A DNA stretch of 62,690 nucleotides, the filler included, from Nitrospinae bacterium RIFCSPLOWO2_12_FULL_45_22 (lineage in GTDB: Bacteria > 2-12-FULL-45-22): NCBI GenBank assembly GCA_001803565.1. It is 5 parts of 5 records of this genome, joined end to end, with 100 filler letters (N's around TTAATTAATTAA, not from the genome) between each part and the next. Parts side by side here need not be neighbours in the genome. Positions count along the whole stretch, not along the records: positions 57,429 to 62,690 come from MHDQ01000033.1; 4 more parts are not named here. One strand, given 5' to 3'. The translations under genes were made by a program, and so were the position numbers. The notes under the pieces are model-generated. The model was given only the letters and a program-made list of their open reading frames with translations. It had not been told where the DNA came from and did not search any database. This document shows positions 57,731 to 62,690 of the stretch, one piece after another; position 1 is the first letter of the stretch; each line of letters starts with the position of its first letter.

Positions 57731-58408
57731 ATGTCACGCATCTTTGTCCCCTCCTCCGGTCCCGGCGACTGGCGCTGCCTGCTTGCAGACCCAGAAAAGC
57801 ACTGGGTGCGTAGGCGCTCCGCACGAACGCTGGCGCATTGCTGGGAAGACACAGATGGCTTTCCTCCCGAAGTGCAGGCTGTTCTGAAGCAACACCCCGC
57901 GCTTGCTGAGGCTGAGCCCCTGTTGATCTTTCCCGAGTGGAAAGTTGCTCTGCCCGGTGGTTCAACTTCCTCTCAGAATGACGCTTGGGTTCTCGCCAAG
58001 AACCAAACAGGCCTGATTTCCATAGCGGTCGAGGGGAAGGTCGAGGAGCCATTCGATAAGACACTTGCTGAATGGAAGGCAGATTCCTCACTTGGCAAAG
58101 AGAAACGTCTTTCCTTTCTTACTGAAATCCTTGGGTTCTCCTCGCCCATCCCAGACTCAGTGCGGTATCAGCTCGTGCATCGCACAGCCTCGGCCGTCAT
58201 TGAGGCGCAGCGGTTTGGCGCACAACACGCCGTGATGCTCGTCCATTCATTCAGCCACAACGACGAGTGGCATAGTGACTTCGCTGCCTTCGTTTCGCTG
58301 TTCGGTCACACGGCGCAGGTTGGTCGGCTGGTTTCGGCTACTGCAGCAACTGGTCTACCACTCCATCTGGCGTGGGTTCATGGCGATGAGCGGTTCTTGG
58401 ATGCGTAG
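57731..58408 (+). CDS. Integron cassette 1: PD-(D/E)XK-like protein (DUF6946-like)
   Basis: PEWKVALPGG...SQND...IAVEGKVEEPF, RYQL.HR; cassette bounded by GTTAGCACTCAGG / CCTGAGTGCTAAC. Confidence 0.75.
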   Translation: MSRIFVPSSGPGDWRCLLADPEKHWVRRRSARTLAHCWEDTDGFPPEVQAVLKQHPALAEAEPLLIFPEWKVALPGGSTSSQNDAWVLAKNQTGLISIAVEGKVEEPFDKTLAEWKADSSLGKEKRLSFLTEILGFSSPIPDSVRYQLVHRTASAVIEAQRFGAQHAVMLVHSFSHNDEWHSDFAAFVSLFGHTAQVGRLVSATAATGLPLHLAWVHGDERFLDA

Positions 58409-58414
58409 CCTGAG

Positions 58415-58445
58415 TGCTAACCACGCGTTCCAGCGGGCGTTAGCC
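58415..58445 (+). mobile_element. Internally deleted attC
   Basis: R'' TGCTAAC, spacer, L'' TTCCAGCG, then almost directly R' GTTAGCC; only 31 bp long. Confidence 0.65.
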
Positions 58446-58511
58446 GCACCACATGATTAAGAAGATGAAAAGCTCAGGTTTGATTCCTTAACCAGCCACT
58501 TGGTAGGACCA

Positions 58512-59390
58512 ATGAAAGAGAGATTATTTAGCGAGCGACATGAAAAGGCTCTCCGTAGCAAACGCATCAAGGTCAGCCTGCGACAGGAACTTCGACGGAG
58601 TCTACAGCGTTTGTTCAACCGGTACTCTGTTTGGGGTGGATGGGACAATGAAGAGAATTTCACTTGCCAAGCAGTTGCGAGTGCGCTCTTAGACCGACGT
58701 GGATGGCAGACACTTCTCTGGTGGGATGGTAAGGAGATGCAGCCGGCTTCCAACTTCGACGACTTCATCGAGAAGGCCACACCTCACCACATCCTTGATG
58801 CTATTGAGTTGTTTCGGCAAGAATTGGACTACAAGAAAGTTCCGAGTTTCGTCTCCGAGCTGAATACGCTATTTGAGATCCATCATTCCAACTTGCGGTA
58901 CTTTCGAGGGGAGTTTTACCTCATCGACTCAGCCTTCTTGGAATCAGAGGTCTTGTCTCAGGCGCAGAAGCTACTAGCTACTAGCAATTTCGAGGGAGCA
59001 CTTGAGGAATTCCTCGATGCGCGGTCTGCTTTTCTTGAAAAAGATTTCAAACGGTCTGTCCTGTTGGCCAACCACGCCTTCGAGAGTACAATGAAAGCCA
59101 TCCTGGGAACGCAGAAGAAGACTGGAGAATTAATTAAAAAAGTATGTCGGGACGGTCATGTTCCGCCTTACTATGAGGGGTTCCTCGAACACTTTCAGGA
59201 GTTTCTCAACATTGTTCCTACGACGCGAAGCAACGAAGCCGGACATGGCCAAGGGAAGGATATTACAACAGTCCCCGCCCCTCTTGCTGAACTTGTATTA
59301 CACCTATCAGGATCACTAATCGTCTTTCTGATTAAGCGATACATGGAAAGGAATCCAGAGGAAAGTAGCGACGAGGATGTCCCCTTTTAG
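58512..59390 (+). CDS. Integron cassette 2: AbiJ-like abortive-infection protein with HEPN-like C-terminus
   Basis: N-terminal LFSERH; C-terminal A..AFES.MK and RSNEAGHG (R...H) motif. Confidence 0.7.
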   Translation: MKERLFSERHEKALRSKRIKVSLRQELRRSLQRLFNRYSVWGGWDNEENFTCQAVASALLDRRGWQTLLWWDGKEMQPASNFDDFIEKATPHHILDAIELFRQELDYKKVPSFVSELNTLFEIHHSNLRYFRGEFYLIDSAFLESEVLSQAQKLLATSNFEGALEEFLDARSAFLEKDFKRSVLLANHAFESTMKAILGTQKKTGELIKKVCRDGHVPPYYEGFLEHFQEFLNIVPTTRSNEAGHGQGKDITTVPAPLAELVLHLSGSLIVFLIKRYMERNPEESSDEDVPF

Positions 59391-59415
59391 GACGGATGAA
59401 GAACAAAAGAATACC

Positions 59416-59479
59416 GCCGAACAACCGGCTCCACCGGATCGCCGATAAATTCGGCTCCCGGTGAGCCGCAGCGTTGGGC
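59416..59479 (+). mobile_element. attC site
   Basis: GCCGAAC-AACCGG-CTCCACCG...GCCGA/TCGGC...CGGTGAG-CCGCAGC-GTTGGGC. Confidence 0.88.
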
Positions 59480-59573
59480 AGCTTAGAAATTTTCCGTTTG
59501 ACTGGAATGATGGCTTTTTACCCTTTAGCCACTTGTACGATGTTTAGGAACAACAACTTTGGGATCGAGATGT

Positions 59574-59816
59574 ATGCCAGTATTAAAAGAGTTATCCCAA
59601 AAATATAGTTTCAAAATCATTATACCGACCAATGACCATGAGCCCAAGCATGTCCATATCTTCAAAGGAGACGATAATTATGCTAAGATCGAAATTGAGA
59701 CTCTCAAAGTAGTTCGCTCCTATCTGAAGAAAAAGGAGCTGAAACAAGCTATTGAAATTATCAAAGGAAATCAGGAATACTTAATTCAAAAATGGAATGA
59801 GATTATCGGAGGGTAA
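59574..59816 (+). CDS. DUF4160-family toxin-like protein (cassette 3)
   Basis: NDHEPKHVHI...KWNE; ATG at 59574. Confidence 0.82.
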   Translation: MPVLKELSQKYSFKIIIPTNDHEPKHVHIFKGDDNYAKIEIETLKVVRSYLKKKELKQAIEIIKGNQEYLIQKWNEIIGG

Positions 59817-59818
59817 TT

Positions 59819-60055
59819 ATGTTTAAATGCAAAGAGGTCAGAATAGATCATGAATACTTGCATGTGGAACTGGAAGACGGACGTATCATATCTACCCCAT
59901 TGAATTGGTATAAGCCACTATTGTCAGCCAATGAGGAACAAAAAAGAAATTACAAATTGATTGGTAGAAAGACTATGATCGAGTGGCCTAATCTAGACTT
60001 GCATCTTGATATAGAAGAAATGTTTAGAGTCGATCGGAAGGAAGAAGCTGCTTAA
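59819..60055 (+). CDS. DUF2442-family antitoxin-like protein (cassette 3)
   Basis: LHVELEDGRIISTPLNWY..L..A..EQ..NY......IEWP.LD. Confidence 0.88.
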   Translation: MFKCKEVRIDHEYLHVELEDGRIISTPLNWYKPLLSANEEQKRNYKLIGRKTMIEWPNLDLHLDIEEMFRVDRKEEAA

Positions 60056-60092
60056 CAATTCGTTGAACCTCCAGCTCAGCTCGGCATTATGA
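60050..60092 (+). mobile_element. Degenerate attC
   Basis: R'' GCTTAAC, AATTCG, TTGAACCT, short centre; R' reads ATTATGA; AAGCTGCTTAAC pairs with the cassette start GTTGGGCAGCTT. Confidence 0.6.
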
Positions 60093-60137
60093 GGGAGCGA
60101 TTTTCATTAATGCTTACTATTATTTGTCTGTGACCAA

Positions 60138-60414
60138 ATGGCCAAAAAGAAGAAACCTAAAATTCAGAAAATAGGGATAAAATTATGGGATCATTTTTAC
60201 AATATTGGGTGCTGTCGCAGCATATAGGTTATGGGGAGATCATACTGCTCTATCAATTATTGCTATCATAACTACTTTATATCAGGCTTCATCGTTGAAT
60301 GAAATGTTTAAAGAAAAAGACGGTTTACAACCAGAAGACAGATGGCAAACGACAATAAACATTATATCGTCTTTAGTGATCATTGGATTACTAATTGCAT
60401 CATTTATTGTTTAA
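60138..60414 (+). pseudogene. Small membrane protein with +1 frameshift (cassette 4)
   Basis: MAKKKKPKIQKIGIKLW joins IIFTILGAVAAYRLW... if one G is removed from the GGG at 60187-60189. Confidence 0.6.
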
Positions 60415-60448
60415 GTTATAAGAATGGAGTCAGTCTCGATTAATGAAG

Positions 60449-60582
60449 GTCTAACAACCAGATGGACGTGAACGAGTGCCACAGGACGCTTTTGGGGCTG
60501 AGCAGCGACTTAAGATTTGCAAATCGTCTTTTTGCTTTTTAACATCTTACAGTGGCACTCGTCAGTCATCAGGGCGTTAGGC
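60449..60582 (+). mobile_element. attC site (long)
   Basis: GTCTAAC...GATGGAC..ACGAGTGCCAC...GTGGCACTCGT..GTCATC...GTTAGGC. Confidence 0.88.
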
Positions 60583-60629
60583 AGGAGTAGCCAGCCTCGT
60601 GTACACTGAGAACGGAGAGGAGGGAAACG

Positions 60630-60851
60630 ATGATCCGAACGGTCGAAGCTGTAATTGATGAGTACGGTAATGTACGACTGCTAGAATCCGTCCATCTTCC
60701 TGCAGCCCGCCGAGCACTGGTCATGATTTTGGAGGAACGTCCAGTGGCCGGGGCACCCGAAAGTGCCCTGCTCAGTGAACCAGCACTTGCCGAAGACTGG
60801 AACCGGGCGGAGGAGGACGAAGCATGGTCGCACCTACAGCAGGTTCGGTAG
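60630..60851 (+). CDS. Antitoxin-like protein (cassette 5)
   Basis: Ends LLSE.ALAEDW...EEDEAW.HL; overlaps the PemK/MazF toxin gene. Confidence 0.75.
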   Translation: MIRTVEAVIDEYGNVRLLESVHLPAARRALVMILEERPVAGAPESALLSEPALAEDWNRAEEDEAWSHLQQVR

Positions 60852-61153
60852 TCCTTGTTCGCTTTCCCTTTTCTGACTTGTCGCAAACAAAACTGCGACC
60901 GGCTGTGGTGCTTGCTGACGCTGGCCGGGGCGACTGGATTCTGTGCCAGGTGACAAGCAAGCCTTACGGCGACACCCGGGCAACCAAGCTGGAGGACACC
61001 GACTTTGCCACTGGGTCGCTGCAAGTCCTGAGCCATGCCCGTCCTGGCAAACTCTTTACCGCCAATCGAGACCTGATAGTGGCGCAGGTTGGTACGCTGA
61101 AGTCGGAAGCGTTAAGCGAGATCGTTGATAATGGAGGTATTACTTCGGAATAG
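60824..61153 (+). CDS. PemK/MazF-family toxin (C-terminus probably disrupted)
   Basis: GSVVLVRFPFSDLSQTKLRPAVVL...ILCQVTS; last codons run into ybeY. Confidence 0.85.
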   Translation: MVAPTAGSVVLVRFPFSDLSQTKLRPAVVLADAGRGDWILCQVTSKPYGDTRATKLEDTDFATGSLQVLSHARPGKLFTANRDLIVAQVGTLKSEALSEIVDNGGITSE

Positions 61154-61553
61154 GCAGCGTAAGATAAAGGCAGACCTGGCAGCAATAAGGCTAGTGGCTG
61201 AGAAGATACTGAAGGCCCTAAACCTCCCCCAGGCAGAACTAAGCATTACCCTGGTTAATGATAAGCAGATCAGGGCATTGAACCGCCAATATCGAAAGCT
61301 AGACCGGCCAACCGATGTGCTGGCTTTCTCTATGCGAGAAGGCAGCTTTAAAGAGCTGAATCCTTTTCTCCTGGGAGATGTAATTATTTCTTTAGAAACC
61401 GCATTAAGACAGGCCAATACGTTGAGCCATAGCTTCCAGCAAGAATTTAATCAGCTCCTGGTTCATGGCATGCTCCATTTGTTAGGTTATGATCATGGCC
61501 GGACCATGAGCGGTAAAGAGCAAGCCCTTTTAAGATTAATTAGTTGCCAATGA
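61131..61553 (+). CDS. ybeY: rRNA maturation endoribonuclease YbeY
   Basis: LNRQYR..DRPTDVLAF, LGDVII, HGMLHLLGYDH. Confidence 0.95.
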   Translation: MEVLLRNRQRKIKADLAAIRLVAEKILKALNLPQAELSITLVNDKQIRALNRQYRKLDRPTDVLAFSMREGSFKELNPFLLGDVIISLETALRQANTLSHSFQQEFNQLLVHGMLHLLGYDHGRTMSGKEQALLRLISCQ

Positions 61554-61561
61554 AAAATCCC

Positions 61562-61680
61562 TGCAAAGCAAGCTTTGCCACGACATTTTGTAGAAGACTC
61601 GTTATTAGGTCATTAAGTAATTAGGTTATTAATTACGCAATGACTTAATAACCTAATAACGAAATGGTGTAGTGGTCGAG
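61562..61680. repeat. Divergent GTAG-REP pair with inserted ATTAGGT palindrome
   Basis: TGCAAAGCAAGCTTTGCCACGAC ... GTTATTAGGTCATTAAGT/ACTTAATAACCTAATAAC (61601-61660) ... GTAGTGGTCGAG; followed by an N gap at 61681-61709. Confidence 0.7.
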
Positions 61681-61738
61681 NNNNNNNNNNNNNNNNNNNN
61701 NNNNNNNNNCAGTGGCAACTAATTGCTGAGGAAAACGA

Positions 61739-62215
61739 TTGGAGCAGCTCTGGACACCCTGGAGGATGGCTTACATAGAGGGCAATAAAGAAAAAGGATG
61801 TATCTTCTGCCAAAAGCCCCAGGCGGATAAAGATACAGAAAATTATATCCTTTACCGCTCCACCTGGGTCTATGTGCTGATGAACAAGTATCCCTATAAT
61901 AACGGTCATCTAATGATCGCCCCTTACCGCCATGTGCCTTCTTTAAGGGATTTACGGGAAGATGAGTTGGCCGAATTAGCCAGGGTACTGAGGAAATGCG
62001 AGATAGTATTAGAAGAGGTCTTCCACCCGGCTGGATTTAATATAGGCATAAACCTGGGCAAGGCGGCTGGCGCTGGCTTTGCGGAACATATCCATGTCCA
62101 TATCGTACCCCGCTACCAGGGTGATACCAATTTTATGGCGGTAATAGGAGAGACCAAGACCATCCCCGAATTGCTCACCAGCACCTATCAGAAGCTCCTG
62201 TCCTATTTCAAATAA
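61739..62215 (+). CDS. HIT-family nucleotide hydrolase (Ap4A phosphorylase-like)
   Basis: LWTPWRMAYI, CIFC, NKYPYNNGH, GFNIGIN.G..AGAG, HIHVHIVPR. Confidence 0.92.
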   Translation: MEQLWTPWRMAYIEGNKEKGCIFCQKPQADKDTENYILYRSTWVYVLMNKYPYNNGHLMIAPYRHVPSLRDLREDELAELARVLRKCEIVLEEVFHPAGFNIGINLGKAAGAGFAEHIHVHIVPRYQGDTNFMAVIGETKTIPELLTSTYQKLLSYFK

Positions 62216-62386
62216 CATTAACCTATTTACTCAAACAGGCCGCCTCGATCCCCTCTACCTAAACCATCTTTACTATTGTATGCCGGTGAAGGATGCCTCA
62301 TTGTCCTACCCTTTCATCTCTGCTATACTTTTGCTGATGCTTATCCCGATGGTAAATGATGTATAACTGATGTCTATAGGAATGAG

Positions 62387-62690
62387 ATGGGCAAGCGGCT
62401 TGAATTGATATGGCCCAACAAGGACAAGGTATTACTGGGGCTAGAGGAAGACAGCAAGCCCATCTGGGGTACAAAGGCTGATCTAGGGCCCCGGCCCTTG
62501 GTGCAGTTGGAGGCCGTTGGTCAAGTCAACCATGACAACCCCAATGAACTCTATGAGCAAGGAGATAACTTGCTCATCAAGGGCGACAACCTCCTTGCCC
62601 TGAAGGCCCTGGAGCAACACTTTGCCGGTAAGATCAAGTGCATCTATATTGACCCACCCTTCAACACCGGCAATGCCTTTGAGCATTACG
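62387..62690 (+). CDS. Type III restriction-modification Mod-type methyltransferase (partial)
   Basis: Read manually: MGKRLELIWPNKD...DNLLIKGDNLLALKALE...KIKCIYIDPPFNTG; runs off window end. Confidence 0.88.
   Translation, partial: MGKRLELIWPNKDKVLLGLEEDSKPIWGTKADLGPRPLVQLEAVGQVNHDNPNELYEQGDNLLIKGDNLLALKALEQHFAGKIKCIYIDPPFNTGNAFEHY

Noticed and set aside
61666-61720. tRNA-like GGTGTAGTGGT before the N gap
   Set aside because: It matches the GTAG REP also seen at 16766, and no T-arm (GTTCRA) is visible
504-62686. Many short antisense or out-of-frame ORFs in the supplied track (e.g. 3336-3887, 49518-50072, 60569-61036, 62483-62686)
   Set aside because: They overlap well-supported genes on the other strand or frame and show no motifs; ORFs at 9471, 19912 and 53949 overlap repeat elements

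Overview
This window is five unrelated contigs of a draft or metagenome-assembled genome, joined by artificial 100-nt N44-TTAATTAATTAA-N44 spacers (12507-12606, 31565-31664, 44138-44237, 57329-57428), so adjacency across spacers is not evidence. Gene content suggests an anaerobic diderm bacterium. Contig 1 carries at least three UbiD-family (prFMN) large subunits interleaved with small phenylphosphate-carboxylase-gamma-like subunits and an Mrp/NBP35 ATPase, followed by a YCF48/RND/DUF1302/DUF1329 envelope module. This resembles anaerobic arene carboxylase loci. Contig 2 holds a compact prFMN supply operon (lpdD-like, ribBA, ubiX, archaeal-type CTP riboflavin kinase), duplicated 2-oxoacid:ferredoxin oxidoreductase pairs, a sigma54 two-component system with a visible promoter and enhancer sites ahead of OmpA/peptidoglycan-binding lipoproteins, and a DNA methyltransferase. 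Contig 3 has an IS3 end, a toxin-antitoxin (TA) cassette, housekeeping genes, a 2-hydroxyacyl-CoA dehydratase-type pair, cooC and the 3' end of an integron integrase. Contig 4 has a beta-propeller protein, a pentaheme cytochrome, a glycyl-radical enzyme with an atypical GCMRW active-site loop, and a birA-bioB-bioU-bioF cluster. Contig 5 has an attI-like site and an integron array of defence/TA cassettes, then ybeY, a HIT protein and a Type III Mod fragment. Intergenic spaces throughout hold nested palindromic elements built of 7-9-nt repeats; two have target-site duplications and one encloses a GxxExxY nuclease gene. All calls come from reading motifs by eye; no database searches were run.
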